A stretch of DNA of 64,000 nucleotides, taken from positions 5,410-69,409 of the IMG/VR virus record IMGVR_UViG_3300028048_000136; one strand, given 5' to 3'. A program made the position numbers and the translations under genes. Positions 9,115 through 19,442 of the stretch are shown here, one piece after another. Every line of letters begins with the position of its first letter. Position 1 is the stretch's first letter. The notes beneath the pieces are model-generated. The model saw only the letters and a list, made by a program, of their open reading frames with translations. It was not told where the DNA came from and ran no database searches. The DNA comes from a virus. Lineage: Duplodnaviria > Caudoviricetes.

Positions 9115-11733
9115 ATGAAAGTAACAGTATTCAATAGTAAACCTACAAATGGTAAATCACCAATATCTCCTTATGGTGATAATACCTTTGACTTCAGAAC
9201 AGTTGAAGTAGAAAAGTTATCGGATATGTTCCGTATGTTATCCAATAACTTTATTTTAAACTTACCTTTAACTCAAGATCTAAGAGCATACAGACGAAAG
9301 ACATCACTAGCAAAATATTATCCTGAAACATTTGAATATTTTATCTTAGATATAGACAAAGTAAAGACTGCTGAAAACAGAGGTGCCATTTTAAAATATT
9401 TCAAAAATTACAAGTGTATTTTAGGAGACTCAAGAAGTGCCAACGGAATTGATAACTTCAATCTTAAAGGCATTTTATGTGTGGAACCAATTAAAATTGA
9501 CAACCTAAAAATTCTTGTTGAGCAGATTTCGGAAGACCTAAAGGAATACGGAGAATTAGATACTGCTGTAACACGACTTCCTTCGTTAAATGCTCCAATG
9601 AATAAGTTTAACGTTTTGCTTGAAGGAAAAGGAAACCCTTATAAGTTTGTTTACAGACCTGCATATAAGTCAAAAGAACTCACGGAAATCATCAATGGAA
9701 ATTATAAAATTCCTGAGGATTTAAAGATTGAAAACGCCAGAACCATTGATCAATTATGTTTACAAGTTTTCACTCAAATGGGTTTTAAGGCAATCAAAAG
9801 CAATGGCGACTGTATTCTGTTTAAGCACCCTTCTGAAACAAAAACCCCTGGAGGTTATTTTTGGTTCCGTGATAGTCCATACACAATGCACCATTACAAT
9901 GAACAGAAATCACTAAACTTATTTAATGAAATCACAAAACTTCCTGAATATAAGGAATTGTTTAAGAAGGATATAAATTACACAGATAAGTTATTAAATT
10001 TCAATATTAATACTCAAGTTGTAAACGTTAATGAGCACTTTTTAAAAGTAACTCCTGAAATTAAAAATTCTATAACTTCCTTTTTAAATCAAAAGGATGG
10101 TTTATATGCTATTAAGTCACCAATGGGAACCGGAAAGTCCGAAATAATTTCAGAAATAATTAAGGACGCTCACGAACAGGATATGAGAGTGCTTATTTGC
10201 ACAAACAGAATTTCGGTTGCTGTTGATTTTGCAAACAAATATAACCTTAAATTATATAACAAAGACAAATACAAATTAAACGACAGCATTATTGTACAGT
10301 ATGACAGTTTGTGGAAATATCAAATTAAAAATTTTGATTTGGTAATTTTAGATGAGTTCATATCTCTGTTATTACATAGTAGAAATTCCATAAACAATTC
10401 TGCTACAAATCTTGCTAAATTTTTTGCGTGTTTTAACAAAAAACTTGTTATTGCTGACGCCTTTTTGACAGGTTATGAAAACAATTTTTTGACACAAAAA
10501 AATAATCTTTGGATGCTTGATAATTCTTTCAGAGATACCTGTAAATTATATTCTTACATTGATTATAATTGCTTTATTCAGAGTATTTTAATTCACACAA
10601 AGAAACACAAGGTGACAATTTCAAGCACCTCTTTAAGTGCTATTCACGCATTGAAAATGTTATTATCAAAGCACGGTTTAAACGTGATAACCTTAACTGC
10701 TGAAACTCCTCAAATGACAAAGAATGTCATTTATAAGATTTTTCAGAAACAGGAAGAACCGGAATATGATGTACTGATTTATTCACCTACATTAACCGTT
10801 GGTGTTTCAAATCTCAACGATATTGGAATCCATTTTCACTATGATGGAAGTTCTTCCTGTGATGTGGTTTCCTCATTGCAGATGATTAAACGTACTAGAA
10901 AAGCAAAAGAAATCCATTTATACGTAAAAAATAAAACACAATATTTAAAGACTACATATAAAGAAATTAAAGACGATTATTTACAAAATCTTGGTAAATT
11001 TGCCGAGCACAATTATATTTTTGAACTCAATGACTACGGGGAAGTTAAGTTATCAAAACTCGGAAAGAAAGCAATTGGTGTTGATGTGTTCCGAAATGTT
11101 CTTGAGACAAATCATAAGAACGCTTTTATGTTTTTGTTATCATATCAATTTGCTGAAATGCCAGAAATAATTTCTCAAAGTTATGGTGTGAATGTATTAT
11201 TACCTTATATTCACGCTTATAAAAATTCAGAGGACCGATTTAAGTTGGATTGCCTTGAGGAATATTTAAGTTTATCACATTTAGATAGGAACTGCATAAC
11301 AGATTTTAAAAAGCAAGGTCTTTTTGAAGCGCTCGCAGACTTAGAAACAAAACTTAAACCTGATGTTCCAAACGAGATTAAATCAAGAATTTTAAAAGTT
11401 GCAATAAACGACAACAATTTTTTTGATAAAATATATAAGTATAAAATTATTAAAAGTTTATATAATAAAGAATTATCAAAAATTGATATACAATCAATCA
11501 TTTCAAAAAATCTAAATGTAAGTTCTGAAGATTTGAAATTTTGGAATACAGTTTTAGATTTTGATAGTCCATTGCTAGAGAGTTATATTCCAAGTGCCGT
11601 CAATGACAATAAAAAATTAAAAATAATTTTATTGGGTTGTGGATATAAATTACAAACAGTTGGAATGTTAAAAAAATATACAATAGATGAAAATATTTTA
11701 GAGTTTTCGGATTATGTTTGTACAGAAAATTAA
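9115..11733 (+). CDS. SF2 helicase, herpes UL9 origin-binding-like, with possible primase-polymerase-like N-terminus
   Basis: Walker A 'KSPMGTGKS', 'ILDEF', 'SPTLTVGVS', 'QMIKRTR'. Confidence 0.65.
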   Translation: MKVTVFNSKPTNGKSPISPYGDNTFDFRTVEVEKLSDMFRMLSNNFILNLPLTQDLRAYRRKTSLAKYYPETFEYFILDIDKVKTAENRGAILKYFKNYKCILGDSRSANGIDNFNLKGILCVEPIKIDNLKILVEQISEDLKEYGELDTAVTRLPSLNAPMNKFNVLLEGKGNPYKFVYRPAYKSKELTEIINGNYKIPEDLKIENARTIDQLCLQVFTQMGFKAIKSNGDCILFKHPSETKTPGGYFWFRDSPYTMHHYNEQKSLNLFNEITKLPEYKELFKKDINYTDKLLNFNINTQVVNVNEHFLKVTPEIKNSITSFLNQKDGLYAIKSPMGTGKSEIISEIIKDAHEQDMRVLICTNRISVAVDFANKYNLKLYNKDKYKLNDSIIVQYDSLWKYQIKNFDLVILDEFISLLLHSRNSINNSATNLAKFFACFNKKLVIADAFLTGYENNFLTQKNNLWMLDNSFRDTCKLYSYIDYNCFIQSILIHTKKHKVTISSTSLSAIHALKMLLSKHGLNVITLTAETPQMTKNVIYKIFQKQEEPEYDVLIYSPTLTVGVSNLNDIGIHFHYDGSSSCDVVSSLQMIKRTRKAKEIHLYVKNKTQYLKTTYKEIKDDYLQNLGKFAEHNYIFELNDYGEVKLSKLGKKAIGVDVFRNVLETNHKNAFMFLLSYQFAEMPEIISQSYGVNVLLPYIHAYKNSEDRFKLDCLEEYLSLSHLDRNCITDFKKQGLFEALADLETKLKPDVPNEIKSRILKVAINDNNFFDKIYKYKIIKSLYNKELSKIDIQSIISKNLNVSSEDLKFWNTVLDFDSPLLESYIPSAVNDNKKLKIILLGCGYKLQTVGMLKKYTIDENILEFSDYVCTEN

Positions 11734-13186
11734 TGAAAGTTACTCACTCATAGAGGCACCAAAAGAAATACTTGAAAAAATTGCGATGTTCCTTAGGGTT
11801 GAAAAGGCAAACGCAAAGTATGACAGACTTATTAAGTTAGGTTTTAGGGATGCCTATACATATTTCACATCTTTGGTTGATGGCAAGTTACTGATTGAAA
11901 ATGGTCATAAGTTTTTGCTCAAAGGGTTTGGAATTGAGGAAGATAATGAACTATCAGGTGTTTCGGAAAATGAGGTTGATGATTTTTTGAAATCAGTTAA
12001 ATTGCCTTTTGAACCGTATGATTACCAAAAAAGAATGATTAAAATTGCTTTGATGAATAATAAAAAAGCATTTATTTCATCAACAAGCTCAGGAAAAAGT
12101 TTAAGCATTTCCTTAATTCTTGAATACTTTAGACGAGCAAAAAAGAGAGGTGTTTTAATCGTTCCAAATATCAATCTTTTAACACAGTTTAAATCGGATA
12201 TTGAAAGTTACGGTTTAGCTGAATTATTGAACGAAGTTCAGTTATTAGGAAACGGAAACAAATCAGATTTTAAGACCTGCTTGACAATCACAACCTGGCA
12301 ATCATTGATGAAGTTCAATGTAAAGGAGTTGGACTTTGATTTTATGCTCGTGGACGAATGTCAAAAACTTTCTGGATCCGTGTTAAATGATATAATGCTT
12401 AAATCCATTAACACTAAAATTAAACTTGGTTTTACTGGAACATTGCCAGAAGGCCAAGAAGAGAAAATGACTATCTTGGGACTTATAGGAAAACCCGAAA
12501 CAATCATAACTCCATCAGAACTTATTGAACGAGGTTTAGGAACCCCTATAAACATCAATGCCGTTGTTTTATGTTACACACAAGAGCACCGAAATTTGTT
12601 TATGGATATTCCAAGGGATGCTTACTTAAAACAGTTGCAATTTATTAAGGAAAATGAAAATAGAATGAATGTCATTACCAAAATTGCAAAATCCGAAATT
12701 TCAAAAAGTAAAAATGTCTTAGTGTTATATCAGCACACAGAACACGGTGAAAGCATTTTTGAGAGTCTTGGTTTAGACGTATCAAAAGCATACGACTGGG
12801 AATATCAAAAAGCCAATAAAGTGCTTTTTATGAACGGTTCCATAAGTGGAAAAATTCGTGAAGAACAGCGTCAATTTATGGAAGAAAACACAGGTGTCAT
12901 TATGGTTGCAAATTATTCCTGTATGTCCACTGGCGTAAGCATTAAAAATTTACATTCGTTAATTCTTGCAAGTCCGATGAAGTCATTTGTTACCATTTCA
13001 CAAAGTCTTGGCAGATTGATGAGAAAGCACAATTCCAAAGAAAGTGCTAATATCTTTGATATTGTTGATAGTTTTGGTGTAAGAAAACCATCAGGAATTT
13101 TCTATAATCAGTACAAACATCGGTTACAGAGTTCATATATTCCTGAGGATTATAAAATTAAAGAAATTTTTATAAATAATATATAA
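11714..13186 (+). CDS. uvsW: UvsW-like SF2 helicase
   Basis: 'PYDYQ...TSSGKS...VDECQ...GFTGT...STGVSIKNLH...QSLGR'. Confidence 0.85.
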   Translation: MFVQKINESYSLIEAPKEILEKIAMFLRVEKANAKYDRLIKLGFRDAYTYFTSLVDGKLLIENGHKFLLKGFGIEEDNELSGVSENEVDDFLKSVKLPFEPYDYQKRMIKIALMNNKKAFISSTSSGKSLSISLILEYFRRAKKRGVLIVPNINLLTQFKSDIESYGLAELLNEVQLLGNGNKSDFKTCLTITTWQSLMKFNVKELDFDFMLVDECQKLSGSVLNDIMLKSINTKIKLGFTGTLPEGQEEKMTILGLIGKPETIITPSELIERGLGTPININAVVLCYTQEHRNLFMDIPRDAYLKQLQFIKENENRMNVITKIAKSEISKSKNVLVLYQHTEHGESIFESLGLDVSKAYDWEYQKANKVLFMNGSISGKIREEQRQFMEENTGVIMVANYSCMSTGVSIKNLHSLILASPMKSFVTISQSLGRLMRKHNSKESANIFDIVDSFGVRKPSGIFYNQYKHRLQSSYIPEDYKIKEIFINNI

Positions 13187-13240
13187 TGGAGATTTAAAAA
13201 ATTTGGGATAACCAAAAGTGTTAAGTTCCCAGGAGTTTTA

Positions 13241-13522
13241 ATGAAGTTTAAATATTTAAAAGAATATGTACCGCCATTGTTAGGTGCAGAAACAGTTTAT
13301 AAAGGAAATGGTAGAGGTACCCATAGAATAATTTACAATAAATTTGCTAAAGAAATAAAACCATCAAAAGAAAACATTAGAAAACTTGCTACATTTTTTA
13401 GATATAATCAAAGTACCCACACAGCAATTTGTCCTATCTGCCATTTAGTTTTTAAAAGTGAAGATGTTCCTGAAAAATGTCCTAAAGGTCATACCATAGA
13501 TTTATCACGCTTTATTTTCTAA
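13241..13522 (+). CDS. Small zinc-ribbon protein with MKFKYLKE leader
   Basis: CPIC...CPKGH. Confidence 0.55.
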   Translation: MKFKYLKEYVPPLLGAETVYKGNGRGTHRIIYNKFAKEIKPSKENIRKLATFFRYNQSTHTAICPICHLVFKSEDVPEKCPKGHTIDLSRFIF

Positions 13523-13582
13523 TTTTTTATTAAAAACGTATAAATACATTATATTTTATATATAAAAAGGAGTTAAAAAATA

Positions 13583-15967
13583 ATGGCTATTCAAATGTCA
13601 TCTCCTGGTGTATATGTGACAGAAATTGACTCTTCGGAAATTGTTCCAAGTGTTTCTTCTTCTGTTACAGTATTCGGAGGAAACTTCTCAAAGGGTCCTG
13701 CCGGTGTTCACACCCAAATCACAAGTGTAGATGATTTGGTAGAGTTCTACGGTAAACCAACAAATGAGAACTATAATGATTGGTACCAATGTTATAATTT
13801 TTTACAGTACGGAAACAATCTTTTAATTTCACGTGCTGTAAACATTAACGGTTGTCCAACAAATCTTAAAACAACTTTTGTAAAATCAACCTCTTTAGGT
13901 TACGGCACACAAGCATACGGCGAGTCTGAATTTGGTGAAGGTGAAATTACAAAAGAAGCAATCATTGTTACAAAAACAAATCGTATTCACGCTGGCGATA
14001 TTATCGGTTTTTCTGATAATGCCATAAATGCTATTGACGAGTCAAAGACAGACAAGTATTATGTTACCAAGACTGAAGACTATCAGGAGACTGGTATCGA
14101 TTATACTGCTGTTTATATTGACAGAAAGTTAACATTACCACCACAAGCACAGGAAACCGAAAGTATTTCAACTTGGTTCTCTGGCAAAAATTGTTATCTT
14201 ATCGCAATTCATCACAATGGTTCAGCAGAAGCATTAGAAAAAGGAAACTCAACAAATTGCGTTGTAACTTGGAAAGTTGACTCAAAGAAGTATCAAGATT
14301 ATGAAGACGGTGTTTTAACAACAAAGCGCTATACAACTGCTTATAACATTCCGTTTAGTGTTCCATCACATCTTGACGGTTCACCAAGTGTTCAGCAATC
14401 ATCAAAGATTTTAGATGACGAAACAAGAACCGAGGTTAATTCTTTAATTAAGTTAAATCCAGAAATTTTAGATGGTGCTATTCTTTTTGGTACAAACAAA
14501 AAGATTTTAAATGCAAATGATTGGGACTACAAAAAGAATTCCGTAGCATTTGGTACAACAAAATCAAAGTTAAAGTTCATTTCAAAGACACCTGGTGTAT
14601 CAGATAGTTTATATACAATTTCTATTGCTGTTCCAAGTGATTTTGCTTCAAATGACAAACAGCACACAGGAAATCATTGTATAAAATTCGCTAACGAAGG
14701 TTTATCTGTTGATTCTTATTTTGAGTACGCACCTCAGGATAATAGTGCTCAAATTGCTGTGTTCATCTTTGACAACGTAGCAAAGGAAATGAAAGAAACT
14801 TATCTTTGCTCTTTGGATCCAGATGAAGTTGACAGTTTCAATAATTCTCTATTTATCGAAAACATTATTAATAGGCGCTCAAATTGTGTTTATGTTAAGT
14901 GCAACACCTCAACTCCTGCAACAAAGGAAGTAGATGTTGAAACCTATGATGACACAGGCGATATTATTGGTTCACAGCGTAAGGTTGTTCCAAATATTGA
15001 AAGTTATACCTTAGTTGCTGATGTTGATGGTAATTATCACGGAAAACTGATTAATTTTGTTTGTGCTTCAGACTCATTAGTTCAAGAAGACGACTTATTG
15101 GATGCTTATGAAATCTTTGATAACAAAGACCTCATTGATATTGACATCATTATCGCTAACGAGCTTGATAATGGTTTAAGTGCTAAGAAACTTGCTGAAA
15201 AGCGTGAAGACTGCATTGCCTTTATCGGTATTCCATACGAGTACAACGGAACCATTCTTGCAGTTTCAAAACGTACTGCTGATGCAACTGCAAACATTGT
15301 AAATTATAGAAATTCAATTAATTATAACACAATGTGGTGCTCTTTAGTTGCTAACTATAAGTATCAGTATGACCGTTATAAGGACACATACCGTTGGGTA
15401 AATGTTGCTGGTGACGTTGCTGGTTTACGTGCTCAATCAACTGAAAATTATGCTTCTTGGTGGGCAAGTGCAGGTTTAAATCGTGGACAAATCAAGAATG
15501 TTCAAAAACTTGCTTTCTCTCCAAATCGTGAGCAAATCGGAACCCTTTACAATTCTGGTATTAACAGTATTGTAAACTTCCCAGGACAAGGTACAGTTCT
15601 TTGGGGACAAAAGACAATGCTTGATAAGAGTTCAAGTTTTGACCGAGTTAATGTAAGAGGCCTGTTCAATACAATTGAAAGAGCACTTGCTAAAATGTCA
15701 AAATATCAGGTATTTGAGTTTAACGATGTATTCACACGAAATAAGGTCGTTTCAATTATGAACCCATACCTTGAAACTGTTAAATCAGATAGAGGTATTC
15801 AAGACTTTATGGTAGTTTGTAACGAAACCAACAATACTCCAGATATTGTTTCAAGAAACCAAATGGTTGTGGATATCTATATCAAACCTACCTATGTTGC
15901 AGAATTTATTAACCTTAGATTTACCAACTTGGGCGTTAATAATTTCAGTACAACTGTTTCAAATTAA
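13583..15967 (+). CDS. gp18: Tail sheath protein
   Basis: 'SPGVYVTEID...GP...WWASAGLNRG...FDRVNVRGLF...FEFND...IKPT..AEFI'; TATAAATA at 13539. Confidence 0.95.
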   Translation: MAIQMSSPGVYVTEIDSSEIVPSVSSSVTVFGGNFSKGPAGVHTQITSVDDLVEFYGKPTNENYNDWYQCYNFLQYGNNLLISRAVNINGCPTNLKTTFVKSTSLGYGTQAYGESEFGEGEITKEAIIVTKTNRIHAGDIIGFSDNAINAIDESKTDKYYVTKTEDYQETGIDYTAVYIDRKLTLPPQAQETESISTWFSGKNCYLIAIHHNGSAEALEKGNSTNCVVTWKVDSKKYQDYEDGVLTTKRYTTAYNIPFSVPSHLDGSPSVQQSSKILDDETRTEVNSLIKLNPEILDGAILFGTNKKILNANDWDYKKNSVAFGTTKSKLKFISKTPGVSDSLYTISIAVPSDFASNDKQHTGNHCIKFANEGLSVDSYFEYAPQDNSAQIAVFIFDNVAKEMKETYLCSLDPDEVDSFNNSLFIENIINRRSNCVYVKCNTSTPATKEVDVETYDDTGDIIGSQRKVVPNIESYTLVADVDGNYHGKLINFVCASDSLVQEDDLLDAYEIFDNKDLIDIDIIIANELDNGLSAKKLAEKREDCIAFIGIPYEYNGTILAVSKRTADATANIVNYRNSINYNTMWCSLVANYKYQYDRYKDTYRWVNVAGDVAGLRAQSTENYASWWASAGLNRGQIKNVQKLAFSPNREQIGTLYNSGINSIVNFPGQGTVLWGQKTMLDKSSSFDRVNVRGLFNTIERALAKMSKYQVFEFNDVFTRNKVVSIMNPYLETVKSDRGIQDFMVVCNETNNTPDIVSRNQMVVDIYIKPTYVAEFINLRFTNLGVNNFSTTVSN

Positions 15968-15971
15968 GATT

Positions 15972-15996
15972 AAACACTCCTTCGGGAGTGTTTTTA
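15972..15996 (+). terminator. UUCG-capped terminator (identical stem repeated near 16635-16658)
   Basis: aacactcc-ttcg-ggagtgttttt. Confidence 0.8.
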
Positions 15997-16036
15997 AGGC
16001 ATAAATAAATTTATTAAAATATTTATAGGAATAAAA

Positions 16037-16591
16037 ATGAAATTTAGCAAGTTTTTATATAAACCCAATGGATAAAAATATGCGTCTTTAGGCTCATATA
16101 TGCAGTCTAATAAATATATTATATAATATTTTAAAATTCGGTGAGACTGTTGTTTACAACAAATCTCACCAAACTCTTGGGAAGGACCTCTCGGAGTATA
16201 AAGCCTTCAAACATTTGTGTTACACACAGTTTGAACTAGAATTAGTTTCTAAATGGAACCATCTATCCTTCAGGGTTGATGTAGGTCACTAAATACAATT
16301 AATGAAAGATCATTAGATAAATATGATTTTGAAGACTCAATTTTAAAGCGTATGAAAAAGATGTTTCATAACGTTAAAACTGAAATCAAGGTTAGTGATA
16401 ATGGTACATATTTTAGTGTTAGATTTACTGTCTATGATGATTATGAAGCAAATGCTTATGGCGGTATGCCTTCATGGAAAAAATGGTTTAAAGAAGATTT
16501 AGGTATAGATCCTAAATCTGTTGAAGGTTCAAAAACACGTCATCTTGGCAGTGCTGGTGGATTTGATTATGAAATGCGTATTAATAAGTAA
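16037..16591 (+). pseudogene. 107-aa gene interrupted by a miniature tnpB-type element
   Basis: Removing 16059-16289 restores the frame MKFSKFLLNTINERSLDKYD...MRINK. Confidence 0.8.
16059..16289 (+). mobile_element. Non-autonomous IS200/IS605 derivative (left end + omegaRNA right end)
   Basis: Follows TTTAT, ends GGTCAC, near-identical to both ends of the 45404-46819 element. Confidence 0.9.
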
Positions 16592-16676
16592 ATTCATAAT
16601 AAATATGTATATAACAATTTAAATGAACTTTTTAAAACACTCCTTCGGGAGTGTTTTTTCGTTATCAACAGCACCT

Positions 16677-16892
16677 TCAATTTTTTTTAGCTGCTTCTTT
16701 TTGAGCATCAACCTCAGGCAAACCAGCAATACTTGTGAGAAGACTTGCAAGTCCTGAAAGGAGAGAGGTTGAAATCATAATTTTCCAATCAATATCAGTA
16801 AAAACAGTTCCTGCGGCCAAAATGCCGGCTGCGGTTTGGCAAACTGTTTTTAATGCCCTCACTAAGGATGCTTTTAACCAAAGTAAAAACAT
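16677..16892 (-). CDS. Holin, r1t-like
   Basis: 'RALKTVCQTAAG...DIDWK..ISTSLLSGLASLLTSIAGLPEV'. Confidence 0.8.
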   Translation of the reverse strand: MFLLWLKASLVRALKTVCQTAAGILAAGTVFTDIDWKIMISTSLLSGLASLLTSIAGLPEVDAQKEAAKKN

Positions 16893-16964
16893 TTTTATTA
16901 ACTCCTAATTATAAATATGTTATAATGTATATAGATCAAATATATTTATAACAGGAAAAACACA

Positions 16965-17717
16965 ATGAAATTCAAAAAAATTCTTGAAGCAAATACATCT
17001 AAAACAGTTCAACCTAGAACAAAGAAAGCAAGAGATCTATTCAAGAAACTATTAAATGGTGAAAAAGTACATTTAGACTCAACCGTTTTGTCTGATGGAG
17101 AACCTGTAAAAGATGTTACAATTAGATTCGGAAAAGATCCATTTCTGAAGTTCACAGACAAAAAAGGAAACAATTGTCTTATTGCAGATATAGACTTGGC
17201 AACAGCTTCACAACTTATTTCCCGCAGTTTAGAAAATACAGGACCTGTCGTAGTTGACAACTCTAAAAAGGGTTTTCTGAGGTCTTCTGATTTAAGCAGT
17301 TATAAACAACCTAATAGTGCAGAAAGAGCCGAAAAAATTGTTGAGCATGTTATACACGAATTAAATCAAACTAACAAGAAATATACATTCTTGGTTAAGA
17401 CAGAGACTAGCTTTTGGAATGGTGACGTTACAAAGCGTCATTGTGTTGCAGTAGTACCAAAAGCCAAATCAGTTGACGACATAGACCTTTCAAGCGTACA
17501 AAATAAATTTTATTGTAGGAGTTACACTTTTATAGATGGACAAGACTATAGTGAACAACTCACAAATACGCATGGTTTAATGTCTGAAAGAGAGTTTAAA
17601 CAACACCTAGTTGATAAGATAAACTCTTATGTGAAAAGAATGGAAGTTGGTAATGTTGAGACATTTAGTAAGAATGTCGATCGTGCTAAAGTATTTAGTG
17701 GATTCCAAAAACTCTAA
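16965..17717 (+). CDS. Hypothetical protein with MKFKKILEA leader
   Basis: ORF with RBS; shared leader. Confidence 0.65.
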   Translation: MKFKKILEANTSKTVQPRTKKARDLFKKLLNGEKVHLDSTVLSDGEPVKDVTIRFGKDPFLKFTDKKGNNCLIADIDLATASQLISRSLENTGPVVVDNSKKGFLRSSDLSSYKQPNSAERAEKIVEHVIHELNQTNKKYTFLVKTETSFWNGDVTKRHCVAVVPKAKSVDDIDLSSVQNKFYCRSYTFIDGQDYSEQLTNTHGLMSEREFKQHLVDKINSYVKRMEVGNVETFSKNVDRAKVFSGFQKL

Positions 17718-17770
17718 TCAGTATATCATACAGCCCTCTTCATTGAGGGCTTTTAATTAAAGGAACCAAA

Positions 17771-18721
17771 ATGAAATTTGCAAAAATTCTTGAAGACAGC
17801 AAAGAAAGACCTAAAAACAAAAAAGAACTTATAGAAATTATTAATAAAACAATTGTACAAAACGGCAATAATGGCGATTTTAATTTCATTGATACCTCTT
17901 TGATTACCGATATGTCTAAATTATTTGCTGGTTCCACATTTAATGGAGATATTTCAAAGTGGGACACCTCAAATGTTAAAAATATGGAACGTATGTTCTA
18001 TGGGTCTTCATTTAATGGAGATATTTCAAAATGGGACACCTCAAATGTAACCAATATGAGGTCTATGTTCTATGAAGCATTTCGTTTCAATCAGCCAATC
18101 GGTGACTGGGACGTCTCCAATGTGACCGATATGAATAGTATGTTTTCTGGAGCAAAGAAGTTCAACCAACCATTAAATAACTGGGACGTTTCAAATGTTA
18201 GAGATATGTCAAAAATGTTTGAGATGGCACATAGTTTCAACCAACCACTAAGTAAATGGAACGTTTCCAATGTTAGAGATATGACAAAAATGTTCAATGA
18301 AGCAAATAGTTTCAATCAGCCTCTAAACAATTGGGACGTTTCAAAGGTTGAAAATACATCAGATATGTTCTATTCTGCAAAGAACTTTAATCAGCCGTTG
18401 AATAAATGGAATGTTTCCAATGTTAAAAATATGTCACAAATGTTCCAGTTCGCGGTATCATTCAATCAGCCTATTGAAAAATGGAATGTTTCTAGTGTTA
18501 AATATATTTACGGAATGTTCTATCAAGCAAAGAGTTTCGACCAACCTCTTGAAAAGTGGGATATTTCAAATGTTGAAAATATGGACGGCATGTTCTTTGG
18601 TGCCTCTAACTTCAATCAGTCTCTTGAAAAATGGGACGTTTCCAACGTTAAAGATAAGCAGTATATGTTTATCGGCACTAAAATAGAAAAAATGAAAAAT
18701 CTTCCAAGTTGGTCTAAATAA
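17771..18721 (+). CDS. DUF285/BspA-like 25-aa repeat protein
   Basis: Tandem 'FNQPLxxWDVSNVxxMxxMF' repeats. Confidence 0.88.
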   Translation: MKFAKILEDSKERPKNKKELIEIINKTIVQNGNNGDFNFIDTSLITDMSKLFAGSTFNGDISKWDTSNVKNMERMFYGSSFNGDISKWDTSNVTNMRSMFYEAFRFNQPIGDWDVSNVTDMNSMFSGAKKFNQPLNNWDVSNVRDMSKMFEMAHSFNQPLSKWNVSNVRDMTKMFNEANSFNQPLNNWDVSKVENTSDMFYSAKNFNQPLNKWNVSNVKNMSQMFQFAVSFNQPIEKWNVSSVKYIYGMFYQAKSFDQPLEKWDISNVENMDGMFFGASNFNQSLEKWDVSNVKDKQYMFIGTKIEKMKNLPSWSK

Positions 18722-18738
18722 TTAAAGGAGACAAAAAA

Positions 18739-19392
18739 ATGAAATTCATAAAAATTCTTGAAGCAAAAACATCTAAACCTAGAACCAGAGAGGGATTTAT
18801 TAAAATTGTCAAAAAGACCATCAAAGAAAAAGGCAATAATTGCGATTTAAACTTCATTGATACCTCTTTGATTACAGATATGTCTTATTTATTTGCTAGT
18901 ACAAAATTCAATGGAGATATTTCGAAGTGGGACACCTCAAATGTTAAAACGATGAAAAATATGTTTAGTAGTTCTTCATTTAATGGAGATATATCAAATT
19001 GGAATGTATCAAAGGTCGAAGATATGAGTTGGATGTTCGATGAGGCAAAATCCTTCAACCAACCTATAGGCAACTGGGACGTTTCAAATGTTAAAAAAAT
19101 GTCCCACATGTTCTGGGGCGCAGAGAAGTTTAACCAGCCCCTTGACAATTGGGAGGTGTCAAAGGTTTGGGATATGGAACGTATGTTCTGTGGAGCCTCA
19201 AACTTCAACCAGCCGTTGAAAAACTGGAACGTATCTAATGTTTACACTATGGAAGGTATGTTCTGTAGAACCTCAAACTTCAACCAGTCTTTAGATAATT
19301 GGAATGTATCAAAGGTTGGAAATATGAGGAGTATGTTCATACATTCTAAATTAGAAAAAGAACATAATCTCCCAAAATGGTATAACGAATAA
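18739..19392 (+). CDS. DUF285/BspA-like repeat protein, paralog
   Basis: Same repeat, fewer units; shared 'NFIDTSLITDMS' cap. Confidence 0.88.
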   Translation: MKFIKILEAKTSKPRTREGFIKIVKKTIKEKGNNCDLNFIDTSLITDMSYLFASTKFNGDISKWDTSNVKTMKNMFSSSSFNGDISNWNVSKVEDMSWMFDEAKSFNQPIGNWDVSNVKKMSHMFWGAEKFNQPLDNWEVSKVWDMERMFCGASNFNQPLKNWNVSNVYTMEGMFCRTSNFNQSLDNWNVSKVGNMRSMFIHSKLEKEHNLPKWYNE

Positions 19393-19442
19393 ATAATTAA
19401 AAAGAGCACTCTTTTGAGTGCTTTTAATTAAAGGAAACCAAA

